From Methanobacteriota archaeon (GTDB lineage Archaea; Thermoplasmatota; Thermoplasmata; RBG-16-68-12): a stretch of DNA of 64,000 nt. The DNA lies in the NCBI GenBank assembly GCA_005878985.1, contig VBMA01000075.1, positions 12,120 to 76,119 on the forward strand, in the 5' to 3' direction. Shown here in pieces: positions 47,312-57,280 of the stretch (within the stretch, counting starts at the first letter, position 1; the number at the start of each line of letters is the position of its first letter). Under the pieces are notes generated by a model. It was not told the DNA's origin and ran no database searches. It was given only the letters and a program-made list of their open reading frames with translations. The translations under genes and the position numbers were made by a program.

Positions 47312-48448
47312 ATGAAATCACTTCTCAACGAAGCCCTGGCTCGACACCAGGAAGCCGAGGCGAAGGAAGAACGGGAGTCCGAGAAGGCCAAGGTCGTCGA
47401 AAAGAAGAAGAACGGCGACGACGAGGAGATCGAGAAGATCGTTGAGTCGATCAACGTCTCGATCAAGATCGTCGGCTGCGGCGGTGGCGGGTCGAACACG
47501 ATCAACCGGTGCAGCGAGGCCGGCATCACGGGCGCCCAACTGGCCGCCGTGAACACGGACGCGAAACACCTCCTGTCCGTCCACGCGCCGAAGAAGATCC
47601 TCATCGGGAAGCGGCTCACGAAAGGCCTCGGGGCCGGAGCCCTCCCGGAGGTCGGCGAACAGGCCGCCCACGAGAACGAAGAGGAGATCCGCGACTTCCT
47701 CCGGGGCGCTCACGTCGTGTTCATCACCGCGGGCATGGGCGGCGGGACCGGGACCGGCTCCGCGCAGTACGTCGCCCGCGTGGCCAAGGAGGAAGGCGCC
47801 CTGACGATGGGCGTCGTCACGATGCCGTTCAAATCCGAAGGCCGCATCCGGATGGAGAACGCAGAGGCCGGACTCGACAAGCTCCGCAAGTTCAGCGACA
47901 CGACGATCGTGATTTACAACGACAAGCTCCTCGAGCTGGTGCCGCGCCTGCCGATCAACGCCGCGTTCAAAGTCGCGGACGAGATCCTCATGCAGTCCAT
48001 CAAAGGCATGACGGAGATCATCACGAAGCCCGGACTCGTCAACCTCGACTACGCCGACCTCATGACGATCATGAAGGGCGGCGGCGTCGCGATGATCGGG
48101 ATCGGCGAGAGCGAGGAAGAGCGGGACCGGATCGACTATGCGATCAACGAGGCGCTCGAATCCCCGCTGCTCGGCGAGGTCGACCTGACCCACGCCCGCG
48201 GCGCGCTCGTCCGCGTCGTCGGCGGGCCCGACCTGACCGTGTCCGAGGCGGAGAAGGCCGCGGAGATCGTGGGCCAGAAGATCAACCCGCAGGCGCGGAT
48301 CATCTGGGGCTGTTCCGTCGAGGACGACCTGCAGAACACGGTGCGCGTCCTGCTCGTGATCACCGGCGTCAAGTCGAAGTCCCTCCTGGGCAAGGAAATC
48401 TACACGGGTCCAGTGAAGACGTCCGCCGAAGTGGACGAAGTACGCTGA
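47312..48448 (+). CDS. ftsZ: cell division protein FtsZ
   Basis: GCGGGGSN, the tubulin signature GGGTGTG, and a charged N-terminal extension. ATG 47312 sits downstream of a TTTTAAATA box. Confidence 0.85.
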   Translation: MKSLLNEALARHQEAEAKEERESEKAKVVEKKKNGDDEEIEKIVESINVSIKIVGCGGGGSNTINRCSEAGITGAQLAAVNTDAKHLLSVHAPKKILIGKRLTKGLGAGALPEVGEQAAHENEEEIRDFLRGAHVVFITAGMGGGTGTGSAQYVARVAKEEGALTMGVVTMPFKSEGRIRMENAEAGLDKLRKFSDTTIVIYNDKLLELVPRLPINAAFKVADEILMQSIKGMTEIITKPGLVNLDYADLMTIMKGGGVAMIGIGESEEERDRIDYAINEALESPLLGEVDLTHARGALVRVVGGPDLTVSEAEKAAEIVGQKINPQARIIWGCSVEDDLQNTVRVLLVITGVKSKSLLGKEIYTGPVKTSAEVDEVR

Positions 48449-48480
48449 CCTCCTCCTCTTTTTACCCGAACCTTTTTCCA
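48449..48480 (+). terminator. T-rich tract after ftsZ (CTCCTCTTTTTACCCGAACCTTTTTCC)
   Basis: Oligo-T runs typical of archaeal termination, directly after the ftsZ stop. Confidence 0.3.
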
Positions 48481-48501
48481 TTTCTCTCCCATCGCGCGAG
48501 C

Positions 48502-48831
48502 GTGAGCACGCGACGCCCGCGGTATCGCTACATCGCGTTCCGGGTCGACGGTCCTCGGGCCTTCCGACGCGAGGAAGTGCTGGAAGCTCTGCGGACAATG
48601 CCGCTTCGACTGTGGCTCGTGGACTTCGCACGCTCATCGGGCCTCGTCCGGACAACCCATCTCGAAAAGGACGCCGCGATTCACGCGCTGAATGCAATCG
48701 GAACGCTCGGTGGAGAATCGGTCCGCGTGACGACGGTCGGGACCTCCGGGACGATTCGCGCGGCGACTCGCAAGTATCTGAGCCGAACGGACAGCGTGCG
48801 CCGACAGTCCGAAAAGAACCCTTATAAGTGA
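48502..48831 (+). CDS. rnp2: ribonuclease P protein component 2 (Pop5 family)
   Basis: RYIAFRVDG...LWLVDFARSSGLVRTTH...VTTVGTSGTIRAA is Pop5-like. GTG start inside the long spurious track ORF 47509..48831. The position before psmA matches the known archaeal superoperon. Confidence 0.65.
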   Translation: MSTRRPRYRYIAFRVDGPRAFRREEVLEALRTMPLRLWLVDFARSSGLVRTTHLEKDAAIHALNAIGTLGGESVRVTTVGTSGTIRAATRKYLSRTDSVRRQSEKNPYK

Positions 48832-48861
48832 CCGCTTGATTAGCGGCCCGAGGTTTATCAT

Positions 48862-49587
48862 ATGCAGCCGGGCCAGATGGCGTACGACCGCGCGATTACG
48901 GTCTTCAGCCCCGACGGCCGCCTGTTCCAGGTGGAATACGCTCGCGTGGCGGTCACGCGGGGAAACACCACCGTGGGCCTGAAGTTCAAGAACGGCATCG
49001 TGCTGATGGCCGACAAAAAGATCGGATCGCGGCTGGTCGAAACGTCATCGATCGAGAAGATCTTTCAGATTGACGAGCACGTCGGGGCGGCGACCTCCGG
49101 CCTCGTCGCCGATGCGCGGGTCCTCGTGGACTATGCCCGGCTCGTCGCGCAGATCAACAAGGTCACGTACAGCGAGAAGATCGGCGTCGACCTCCTCGTG
49201 AAGCGGATTTGCGATTACAAGCAGAACTACACCCAATACGGCGGCGTCCGTCCGTTCGGGACCGCGCTCCTCGTGGCGGGCGTGGACGACCTTGGGACCC
49301 ATCTGTTCGAGACGGACCCGAGCGGCGCCCTCGTGTCGTACAAGGCCGGCAGCATCGGACAGGGCCGCCAGGCGGTCATGGAACTCCTCGAGGAGAAGTA
49401 CAAGGACAACATGGCTCAGGACGACGCGATGATTCTCGGTCTTCAGGGCCTCCAGAAGGCCTCCGAGGGGGAGAAGCTCGATGCCCGCGCGATCGAGATC
49501 GGCTTGATCGTCGAAGGCGAGAAGTTCCGTCGGCTCTCGGAGTCCGAGGTCGGCCAGTATCTCACTCGCATCCCGACAGCGTCGTAG
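48862..49587 (+). CDS. psmA: proteasome subunit alpha
   Basis: MQPGQMAYDRAITVFSPDGRLFQVEYA is the proteasome-alpha N-terminus. Confidence 0.9.
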   Translation: MQPGQMAYDRAITVFSPDGRLFQVEYARVAVTRGNTTVGLKFKNGIVLMADKKIGSRLVETSSIEKIFQIDEHVGAATSGLVADARVLVDYARLVAQINKVTYSEKIGVDLLVKRICDYKQNYTQYGGVRPFGTALLVAGVDDLGTHLFETDPSGALVSYKAGSIGQGRQAVMELLEEKYKDNMAQDDAMILGLQGLQKASEGEKLDARAIEIGLIVEGEKFRRLSESEVGQYLTRIPTAS

Positions 49588-49599
49588 GCGAGCGAGGTC

Positions 49600-50340
49600 A
49601 TGCCTAAAGAGCTCCGATCGGACCGTCGCGACGATATCTTCAAGGAATACGTAATCGCCCGCGTCGAGAAGGCCGGCGAGAAGTTCGAAGTCCTCGTGAA
49701 GCCGGATGCGGTCCAGCGGATCCGGGACGGCAAAGAGGTCGACCTCCTTCGGGAACTCGCCATCGACGAGATTTTCAAGGATGCCCACAAAGGCTCGAAG
49801 GCGTCCGAAGAGAAGATGATGGATTTCTTCGGGACGACGGAGCCGCTGGCGGTCGCGAAGCAGATTGTCCAGCGCGGCGAGATTCAGCTGACGACGGAAC
49901 AACGCCGGCAGATGTTGGAGGCGAAGCGAAAGCAGATCGTGCAGTACATCGCCGCGAACGCGATCAACCCGCAGACCGGCGCGCCCCATCCGCCACAGCG
50001 GATCGAGAACGCGATGGAAGAGGCGAAAGTCCACGTCGATCCGTTCAAAAGCGTCGAGGAACAGGTCAAAGAGATCCTCGATGCGCTCCGGCCGCTCATC
50101 CCGATTCGCTTCGAGAAGGTCCGGATTGCGGTGAAGCTGAGCGCCGAGGACAGCGCGAAGGCGTACGGCGACCTCAAGTCGTTCGGAACGATCCTGAAAG
50201 AAGAATGGTCTCCGACGGGGGCTTGGCTCGGCGTCGTTGAGATGCCGGCCGGCTTGCAGACCGAGTTCCTCGAGCGTCTCAACGCGAAAACGAAGGGAAA
50301 CGTGGAGACCCGGATTCTGAAAGCCGACCAGCGGATTTGA
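49600..50340 (+). CDS. ribosome maturation protein SDO1/SBDS
   Basis: Near-canonical archaeal SBDS sequence (EVLVKPD...[40 protein letters not shown]). Confidence 0.85.
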   Translation: MPKELRSDRRDDIFKEYVIARVEKAGEKFEVLVKPDAVQRIRDGKEVDLLRELAIDEIFKDAHKGSKASEEKMMDFFGTTEPLAVAKQIVQRGEIQLTTEQRRQMLEAKRKQIVQYIAANAINPQTGAPHPPQRIENAMEEAKVHVDPFKSVEEQVKEILDALRPLIPIRFEKVRIAVKLSAEDSAKAYGDLKSFGTILKEEWSPTGAWLGVVEMPAGLQTEFLERLNAKTKGNVETRILKADQRI

Positions 50341-50411
50341 GGGCGCCGCAAAGACCGGAAGCCTCAAGTAGCCGCCTCGGTTTCGACGCGGTGCGTGAGA
50401 GAGAGACACCT

Positions 50412-51110
50412 ATGCAGAGCAGTGGGGCGCTCCGCCCGATCGTCATTCCGGGCGAAGCCGTCGGCGGCCCCGGGCTGAAACCCGGGCCGGGCACATACAG
50501 CGAAGGCGGACGGGTTTTCGCGGCGCAATTGGGCATTCGGGACGAGCATGAGGGCCTCGTCAGCGTGATCCCGCTCAACGGGCGGTACATCCCGCAGCGG
50601 GGCGACGCCGTCATCGGCGAGGTGGTCGACCAAGGCCCCTCCCATTGGCTCGTCGACATCCATTCACCCTATCCCGCTCCCCTCCACGCGACGGAATCCC
50701 CCTGGCGCGTCGAGTTCGGCGACACCGCACGCTACCTGAAGGTCGGCGACGTGATCATGTGTCACGTCCTGAGCGTCGACGAGATCAAACGCGTCCAATT
50801 GACGATGCAGGAGCGCGAGGCGCGACGCCTGAACGGCGGCATGGTGATCGAGATCTCGCCGACGAAGGTGCCCCGGGTGATCGGCAAGCAGGGGAGCATG
50901 GTGTCCCTGATCATGGACCTGACCGGCTGCCGGATTTACGTCGGGCAGAACGGTCGGATCTGGCTGGATGGGGATGACCGCAGCGCCGCGGTGGCCGCGA
51001 TGGCGATCCGCCTGATCGACGAGCGGGCCCAGGCCGTGGGCCTCACGGAAGCCGTGCGCGAACGGATCGAGCGGGAGCAACCACGAGGACGAGGGCCGAG
51101 GCCCTCCTGA
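50412..51110 (+). CDS. rrp4: exosome complex RNA-binding protein Rrp4 (S1 + KH)
   Basis: S1 and KH domain features (VIGKQGSMVSLI). Confidence 0.8.
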   Translation: MQSSGALRPIVIPGEAVGGPGLKPGPGTYSEGGRVFAAQLGIRDEHEGLVSVIPLNGRYIPQRGDAVIGEVVDQGPSHWLVDIHSPYPAPLHATESPWRVEFGDTARYLKVGDVIMCHVLSVDEIKRVQLTMQEREARRLNGGMVIEISPTKVPRVIGKQGSMVSLIMDLTGCRIYVGQNGRIWLDGDDRSAAVAAMAIRLIDERAQAVGLTEAVRERIEREQPRGRGPRPS

Positions 51111-51122
51111 GGAAGGTTTTCC

Positions 51123-51959
51123 ATGGAAGACATCGAGCACATCGAGAAAGGGATGAAACTGATCAAATCCGACGGACGCCGCCTAGATGGCCGGAGGTTC
51201 GATGAGTTGCGACCGATCCGGGTCGAGGCGGGAGTCCTGCGCCGGGCGGACGGATCCGCGTACATCGAGTGGGGCGGGAACAAGGTCCTCGCGGCCGTCT
51301 ACGGCCCGCGCGAGGCGCACCCGAGGCACCTCCAGGATCCCGCCCGGGCCCTCGTCCAGTGCCGTTACAACATGGCTCCGTTCAGCGTCTCGGACCGGAA
51401 GCGGCCCGGACCCGATCGACGGTCCGTGGAGATCTCGAAGGTGATTTCCGAGGCGTTCGCCTCGGTCGTTTTCGTCGAGCAGTTCCCGCGCACGTCGGTC
51501 GACATCTTCATCGAGGTCCTCCAGGCGGACGCGGGCACGCGGTGCGCCGGGCTGACGGCGGCTAGCGTGGCCCTCGCCGATGCCGGCGTCCCGATGCGGG
51601 ACCTCGTCACCTCGTGCGCGTCGGGCAAGATCGACGGGGTCGTGTGCCTCGACCTCAACAAAGACGAGGACAACTTCGGAGACGCGGACTGCCCCATGGC
51701 GATCGTCCCGCGGACCGGCGATGTCGTCCTCCTGCAGATGGACGGCCACCTCACCTACGACGAGTTTCAGAAAGCGATGGGCCTGTCGATCGATGCCACG
51801 AAACGGATCTACGAGCTGCAGCGCGATGCGCTCCGACGCCGGTATTCGGTGACCCTCGAAGACATCCTGAAAGAGCCGCCTCCCGCGGCCCCGGCACCGG
51901 TCGAGTCGGACGAGCCGCCGATGCCACCCGAGGAAGACTTTGGCCCGGAGGGGATCTGA
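51123..51959 (+). CDS. rrp41: exosome complex exonuclease Rrp41 (RNase PH-like)
   Basis: [14 protein letters not shown]-terminus; RNase PH fold. Confidence 0.85.
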   Translation: MEDIEHIEKGMKLIKSDGRRLDGRRFDELRPIRVEAGVLRRADGSAYIEWGGNKVLAAVYGPREAHPRHLQDPARALVQCRYNMAPFSVSDRKRPGPDRRSVEISKVISEAFASVVFVEQFPRTSVDIFIEVLQADAGTRCAGLTAASVALADAGVPMRDLVTSCASGKIDGVVCLDLNKDEDNFGDADCPMAIVPRTGDVVLLQMDGHLTYDEFQKAMGLSIDATKRIYELQRDALRRRYSVTLEDILKEPPPAAPAPVESDEPPMPPEEDFGPEGI

Positions 51960-52738
51960 TGAGCGAGGAGATCGTCTCGGAGCTGATGCGCGCTCACGTG
52001 TATCGCCTCGCGTCGTCCGGGCAGCGAGTCGACGGCCGCAGCCTCGATCAGCCCCGCCCGGTCAAGGTCGACCGGTCGTTCGTCAAGACCGCGGAAGGGA
52101 GCGCCCGCGTGAAGCTGGGGAACACGGACGTTCTCATCGGCATCAAGATGACCGTGGGCGAGCCGTATCCCGACACCCCGAACACCGGCGTGCTGTCGAC
52201 GAGCGTCGAGTTGATCCCGATGGCCAGTCCGACGTTCGAGGCCGGCCCGCCGCGGCCCGATGCCATCGAGCTTGCGCGCGTCGTCGACCGAGGGATCCGC
52301 GAGTCGAAGATGGTGAATATGGAGAAGCTCTGCATCACGCCGAAAGAAAAGGTGTGGATCCTGTTCATCGACATCCATGTCCTCGATTTCGACGGGAATC
52401 TGTTCGACGCGTGCTCCTACGGCGCGGTCGCGGCCCTGTCCTCGACGATCGCTCCGGCGAAGGCCCAAGGCCTCGGCGACGACTTCCCGCTCCCGGTCGA
52501 GCACTGGCCCGTCAGCGTGACGACCGCGAAGATCAAGGACCTCTTGCTCGTCGATCCGAGCCTCGACGAGGAGCGCATGGCCGATGCGCGGCTCACCGTG
52601 ACGACGGACGAGAACGGCGACATCCGCGCGATGCAAAAAGGCTTAAGTGGAAGCTTTACTTACGAAGAAGTGAAGCGGATTATCGAGACGGCCCAGCGCG
52701 TCGGCCGCGACATCCGTCCGCTCCTTCAATCTTCCTGA
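51959..52738 (+). CDS. rrp42: exosome complex component Rrp42
   Basis: RNase PH-like second subunit; ATG overlaps the rrp41 stop. Confidence 0.85.
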   Translation: MSEEIVSELMRAHVYRLASSGQRVDGRSLDQPRPVKVDRSFVKTAEGSARVKLGNTDVLIGIKMTVGEPYPDTPNTGVLSTSVELIPMASPTFEAGPPRPDAIELARVVDRGIRESKMVNMEKLCITPKEKVWILFIDIHVLDFDGNLFDACSYGAVAALSSTIAPAKAQGLGDDFPLPVEHWPVSVTTAKIKDLLLVDPSLDEERMADARLTVTTDENGDIRAMQKGLSGSFTYEEVKRIIETAQRVGRDIRPLLQSS

Positions 52739-52746
52739 GGTCCTCC

Positions 52747-53034
52747 ATGGCCCGTCGCACGAGAAAGGCAGGCATCGTCGGCCGTTTCGGCCCCCGCTAC
52801 GGCGTACGCATTCGCCGCCGGGTGCAAGAGATCGAGGAGGGCCTGAAAGGGCGGCACACGTGTCCGCGATGCGCCGCGATCTCCGTCCGCCGGAGATCGA
52901 GCGGGGTCTGGGCGTGCCGCCGATGCGGCTACGTCTTCGCGGGCGGGGCCTACCGGCCGATCGTGACGACCTCATTCAAGCGAGAGGTCACGGAGACCAC
53001 GCCGAAGCCCGAAGCGAAGGCGGAGGAGGCCTGA
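52747..53034 (+). CDS. rpl37ae: 50S ribosomal protein L37Ae
   Basis: MARRTRKAGIVGRFGPRYGVRIRRRV...CPRC...CRRCG zinc ribbon. Confidence 0.85.
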   Translation: MARRTRKAGIVGRFGPRYGVRIRRRVQEIEEGLKGRHTCPRCAAISVRRRSSGVWACRRCGYVFAGGAYRPIVTTSFKREVTETTPKPEAKAEEA

Positions 53035-53035
53035 C

Positions 53036-53170
53036 ATGTACAAGTGCGCAAAGTGCCTGGAACCGATCCGGGCGAACATCAACACGGTCGGGATTCAGTG
53101 CGAGCGGTGCGGCTCGAAAATGTTCTACAAAGAGCGGCCGAACGTAAAGAAGGTCGTCAAGGCGCGATGA
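53036..53170 (+). CDS. rpoP: DNA-directed RNA polymerase subunit P (Rpo12)
   Basis: 44-aa ORF absent from the track: MYKCAKCLEPIRANINTVGIQCERCGSKMFYKERPNVKKVVKAR. CxxC...CxxC; canonical position after L37Ae. Confidence 0.7.
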   Translation: MYKCAKCLEPIRANINTVGIQCERCGSKMFYKERPNVKKVVKAR

Positions 53171-53406
53171 TCATGCGGCGCGCGACGATCGTGCTCTCCG
53201 GTCCCGACGCCGGCGTGGTCTATCGGTCGTTGCGGCCGGAGACCGGACGTGACGTCCCGAAGGCCCGGGTCTCGATGCGCTCGGAGCCGAATCGGCTGAC
53301 CCTCACGATCGACGCGGACGACACCGGGGCGCTGCGGGCTGCCGTGAACTCGTACCTCCGGTGGGCCGACGTCGCGGCCCGCGTACGACGCGAGGTGACG
53401 TCGTGA
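53167..53406 (+). CDS. pcc1: KEOPS complex subunit Pcc1
   Basis: ALRAAVNSYLRWADVAARV matches the Pcc1 C-terminal helix (cf. ALRGTVNSYLRWIKAAIDV, recalled from Pyrococcus). Confidence 0.6.
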   Translation: MIMRRATIVLSGPDAGVVYRSLRPETGRDVPKARVSMRSEPNRLTLTIDADDTGALRAAVNSYLRWADVAARVRREVTS

Positions 53407-53759
53407 AGGAGATTTCCCCGCAGCTCCAGAACCAGATCGCCCAGTATCAGCAGCTGCAGAACCAGCTCCAGGTGCTGGGCAGCCAGCGCGTGCAGCTCGA
53501 AGCGAAACTGCGCGAGATCGAAGGCACCTTAGAAGAGCTCGTGAAGATCAAGGACGATACGCCGGTGTACAAGAGCATCGGGATGCTCCTCGTCAAGCAG
53601 GACGATCGCGAGGGCTTGAAGAAAGAGCTCGAGGAGCACAAGGAGACCCTCACGATCCGGGTGAAGTCCCTCCAGAAGCAGGAGAAGGCCCTGACCGAGC
53701 GCTACGAGGATCTCGCGAACAAAATCCAGGCCGCGCTCGGGACGACGCCCACGGCGTAG
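53403..53759 (+). CDS. pfdB: prefoldin beta subunit
   Basis: Coiled-coil QIAQYQQLQNQLQVL...; GTG start overlaps the pcc1 stop. Confidence 0.8.
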   Translation: MKEISPQLQNQIAQYQQLQNQLQVLGSQRVQLEAKLREIEGTLEELVKIKDDTPVYKSIGMLLVKQDDREGLKKELEEHKETLTIRVKSLQKQEKALTERYEDLANKIQAALGTTPTA

Positions 53760-53795
53760 GACAGCGGTTGATTCCCTCCTGATGGAGTTGCAAAT

Positions 53796-53804
53796 CCTTA
53801 TATC
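53796..53804 (+). promoter_or_regulatory. TATA box (CCTTATATC) inside the superoperon, before the DUF106 gene
   Basis: ~25 nt upstream of GTG 53826, suggesting an internal promoter. Confidence 0.35.
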
Positions 53805-53825
53805 GGCAGGTCCATTGGCGAATCC

Positions 53826-54566
53826 GTGGCCGATGATTCCGGCTCCGCCGAGGTCGAGGAAAGCGCGGAAACGGCCCCGCCCGCCCGGCCTCCGACGCCC
53901 TTCAGCCGTCCGAGCCTGACCCGGTTCCTCATGATCTTCCTGTTCCTGCTGGCCCTCTACGCGATCATCGATCCCGCGGTGGGGACGGGGTTCGCGTCCT
54001 TCGCGAATCTGGCCCTGTTCCCGATGTTCGGCTTCGGCGGGACGCTCCCCGTCCTCACGATTCTCCTCGCCGGCCTGTTGACGACCACGATCGGCTCGAT
54101 CATCCGGGACCACTACACGAACTGGGTGAAGATGGCCCGCACCCAGAAGGTCATGTCCGCTTGGCGCAAGGAGCAGATGGAGGCGATGCGGAAAGGCCAG
54201 CAGACGCGGCTCGCGCAGCTCAAGGAGGCGCAGCAAGGCTTCATGAAAGACTCGATGGAGGTCCAGACCGCGCCGATGAAGTCGATGGCCTGGACGATGT
54301 TCATGTTCATCGTGATCTTCACATGGCTCCGGCTCTTCGTCGACGTCGTCCTCCAGGGCCTCGGGAACCAGTGGATCGCTGTGCCCTGGTCGACCCACGT
54401 GTTCGTGAACGCCGTCTACGTTTTCCCGTCGTGGGTCCTCCTCTATTCGCTGCTCGCGCTCCCGTTCGGGCAGATCGTCGTCCGGGTCCTCAAGTACTTC
54501 CGTTTCCGACGCCGGCTTCAGGCGATGGGCGTCCCGCTCCGCGCGGGACCGGATGAGACCGCCTGA
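53826..54566 (+). CDS. DUF106-family membrane protein (archaeal Oxa1/YidC-like)
   Basis: TM1, then a long coiled coil (KMARTQKVMSAWRKEQMEAMRKGQQ), then TM2-TM3; conserved superoperon position. Confidence 0.5.
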   Translation: MADDSGSAEVEESAETAPPARPPTPFSRPSLTRFLMIFLFLLALYAIIDPAVGTGFASFANLALFPMFGFGGTLPVLTILLAGLLTTTIGSIIRDHYTNWVKMARTQKVMSAWRKEQMEAMRKGQQTRLAQLKEAQQGFMKDSMEVQTAPMKSMAWTMFMFIVIFTWLRLFVDVVLQGLGNQWIAVPWSTHVFVNAVYVFPSWVLLYSLLALPFGQIVVRVLKYFRFRRRLQAMGVPLRAGPDETA

Positions 54567-54575
54567 GGGACGTCG

Positions 54576-55115
54576 ATGATCCTTGTGATCGGAGGCCCGC
54601 CCGGCAGCGGCAAGACGACGGTCGCCGAACGATGGGCCGAGGCTCGTGGCGCCGTCCTCGTCTCCGCGGGCACGCGATTCCGGGCCATGGCGAAAGAACG
54701 CGGGTTGAACCTCGAGGCGTTCGGCCGCGCCGCAGAACGCGATCCGAGCATCGATCGCGCCTTGGACAAGGCTGTCCTCTCGGAGATTCGAGCGCACGTG
54801 GCGAGGGGCCGGGACGTCGTGGTCGACGGGCGCATCCAGGCGTATTTGCTCGCGAAAGAGAAAATCCCGTGCCTGAAGGTGATGATCGACGCGCCCCTGC
54901 CGGTGCGCGCGAAGCGGATCGCGGGCCGCGAGCGCACGACCGTCGAGGAGGCGAAACGCGAGATCCTGACGCGCGAGCGGTCGGAGGGGATCCGGTACCG
55001 GTCGATCTATGGAATCGATCTCGGGGACACGGCGATCTTCGACCTCGTGATCGATTCTCGGGACCGGACCCCGGACGAGATTGTGACAATGATCGCCGCG
55101 CGGGTGGAGGGATGA
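54576..55115 (+). CDS. cmk: cytidylate kinase (archaeal type)
   Basis: MILVIGGPPGSGKTTVAE P-loop. Confidence 0.8.
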   Translation: MILVIGGPPGSGKTTVAERWAEARGAVLVSAGTRFRAMAKERGLNLEAFGRAAERDPSIDRALDKAVLSEIRAHVARGRDVVVDGRIQAYLLAKEKIPCLKVMIDAPLPVRAKRIAGRERTTVEEAKREILTRERSEGIRYRSIYGIDLGDTAIFDLVIDSRDRTPDEIVTMIAARVEG

Positions 55116-56068
55116 GCGACCTCGTCGTCCTCCACGAGGTGCCCGACTCGAAATGGGGGACGCGGCCTGAGGACCGGTCGATCACGGAACGGATCCGCCT
55201 CGGCGTTGCAATCGTGGACAAGCCGGCGGGCCCGACGTCGCACCAGGTGAGCGCATGGGTGCGGGACATGTTCGGCGTCCCGAAGGCGGGTCATTCAGGC
55301 ACCCTCGATCCGCGGGTGACCGGCGTCCTCCCGGTCGCGCTCGCGGATGCGACCCGCGCGGTCGAGGCCGTCCTCGCCGGGGACAAGGAATACGTCGGCG
55401 TGATGCAACTCCATCAGGACGTCGACGAGCGGCGCATTCGATCCATGATGGGTCGATTCGTCGGAGAGATCTTTCAAATTCCTCCGATCCGGTCGGCGGT
55501 CAAACGAGAGCAGCGGACCCGGCACGTGTACGAGCTCGAACCGCTCGAGGTCGACGGCCGGAACGTCCTCTTCCGCACTCGATGCGAATCCGGTACGTAT
55601 ATTCGCACGCTGTGCGCGGACATCGGTGATGCGCTGGGCGTCGGGGCGAACCTCGTCGATTTGCGACGCACCCGCGCCGCGACCTTCGGCGAGGCGGACG
55701 CCCATCCCCTCAACGCATTCCGGGATTCCATTGCATATTGGAAGGAAGATGGCGACGACACACCGGTCCGCGCGATCCTGCGCCCCGTGGAGGACCTCCT
55801 CCGGCATCTGCCGCGGATGATCGTCAAGGACACCGCCGTGGATGCGCTCTGCCATGGAGCGAACCTCGCAGTCCCCGGCGTCGCGAAGTTGTCCGATCAT
55901 ATTCGGGTCGGCGATCTCGTCGGCGTTTACACGGGAAAGGGGGAGGCGGTGGCGATTGCGAAGGCGCTCATGACCTCGGACCGCATTGTCATCGAGAAGT
56001 CCGGTGCCGCTGCAGACACGGACCGCGTGCTCATGGCCCCCGGGACCTACCCGCGCCTCTGGAAGTGA
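55112..56068 (+). CDS. cbf5: H/ACA RNP pseudouridine synthase Cbf5 (TruB family)
   Basis: TruB catalytic GTLD (AGHSGTLDPRVTGVLP) and a C-terminal PUA domain. ATG 55112 overlaps the cmk stop; the track ORF 54632 extension is not coding. Confidence 0.85.
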   Translation: MSDLVVLHEVPDSKWGTRPEDRSITERIRLGVAIVDKPAGPTSHQVSAWVRDMFGVPKAGHSGTLDPRVTGVLPVALADATRAVEAVLAGDKEYVGVMQLHQDVDERRIRSMMGRFVGEIFQIPPIRSAVKREQRTRHVYELEPLEVDGRNVLFRTRCESGTYIRTLCADIGDALGVGANLVDLRRTRAATFGEADAHPLNAFRDSIAYWKEDGDDTPVRAILRPVEDLLRHLPRMIVKDTAVDALCHGANLAVPGVAKLSDHIRVGDLVGVYTGKGEAVAIAKALMTSDRIVIEKSGAAADTDRVLMAPGTYPRLWK

Positions 56069-56072
56069 GGGT

Positions 56073-57209
56073 GTGTCGGTCGACGCCTGGGGTTTCGACG
56101 TCCAGCGTCAGGTGACCGCTCGCCGATTGCGCTCGCTGCGCATCCGATTGTCCGCAATCCGGATGGCGGTCGCGGCGGCGCTCACGTTGGTCCTCGTCCT
56201 CGGCGGGGCGGGCGCTTTGCGGGACCGCGTCCTCGCGTTGGCGTTCCCACCGTGGGCCGCGACGGTCACGTTCTTGGTCGTCCTGTTCGGCCTCGTGATG
56301 GCGGTGGACCTCCCGTTTCGTTACGTCGGCGGATATCGCTGGGAACGTGCCTTCGACCTATCGCCTCAGCGCTTCAGCGGCTGGATGAAGGATCTCGCGA
56401 AGTCTCTCGGTCTCGGATTGGGATTGACGGTCGCCGCCGGAATGGTGTTGCTGTGGCTTCTCGCGGCGTGGCCGACCTGGTGGTGGCTGATCGCGTGGTT
56501 GCTGGGCCTTGCGGTCTCGGTCATCCTCGCGTTCATCGCCCCGGTTGTTCTCGTGCCGATGTTCTATCGCCTTCGACCCCTCGACGATCCCGCCCTGCGG
56601 ACCCGGTTCGAATCGCTCGCGGTCCGGGCGAAGGTACCAATCGTGGGGGTCTTCGAACTCCGCGCATCCGAGAAGACCCGACGTTCGAACGCCGCGGTCA
56701 TGGGGCTCGGGCGGACGCGACGGGTTGTAGTTACCGATACGCTCCTTCACGACTTCCGGCCGGAGGAAGTGGAGACGGTGCTCGCCCACGAGCTCGCCCA
56801 CCAGAAGTTCCTCGACCCGCTTCGCGGCTTCGTGCTGGGGTCGGCGACGTCCCTCGTGACGCTGGCCGTCACCGGATTGCTGTACTCAATCCTGTACTCG
56901 TTACTTGGGATCCGTTCGATTGCCGACATGGCAGGCCTTCCTCTCTTGGCGGCGCTGCTCGGCCTCGTCTCCCTGCCTCTGCAGCCGCTCGAGTTGTCTT
57001 GGTCCCGCGCGCGGGAGGCACGGGCGGATCGATTCTCCCTCGGCCTCACGCAGGACGCGCCGAACTTCGCCAGCGCGATGGTGAAACTTCACGATCAGAA
57101 CCTCGGCGTGGCGGACCCGGGTCCCTGGGAGAAGTGGCTGTTTTACAGCCATCCATCTGGGCGGGAACGCGTCGAACTCGCGCGGACATTCCGAGGATTG
57201 CGCACGTGA
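56073..57209 (+). CDS. M48-family zinc metalloprotease (Ste24/HtpX-like)
   Basis: HELAHQ zinc motif plus a multi-TM N-terminal half; start uncertain. Confidence 0.65.
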   Translation: MSVDAWGFDVQRQVTARRLRSLRIRLSAIRMAVAAALTLVLVLGGAGALRDRVLALAFPPWAATVTFLVVLFGLVMAVDLPFRYVGGYRWERAFDLSPQRFSGWMKDLAKSLGLGLGLTVAAGMVLLWLLAAWPTWWWLIAWLLGLAVSVILAFIAPVVLVPMFYRLRPLDDPALRTRFESLAVRAKVPIVGVFELRASEKTRRSNAAVMGLGRTRRVVVTDTLLHDFRPEEVETVLAHELAHQKFLDPLRGFVLGSATSLVTLAVTGLLYSILYSLLGIRSIADMAGLPLLAALLGLVSLPLQPLELSWSRAREARADRFSLGLTQDAPNFASAMVKLHDQNLGVADPGPWEKWLFYSHPSGRERVELARTFRGLRT

Positions 57210-57280
57210 GAACCGAGGAATCTTTATTACGACGCAGCCGATGGTCGCGGGACTCGTTCCTTTTTTCGGGACGGTCACAG

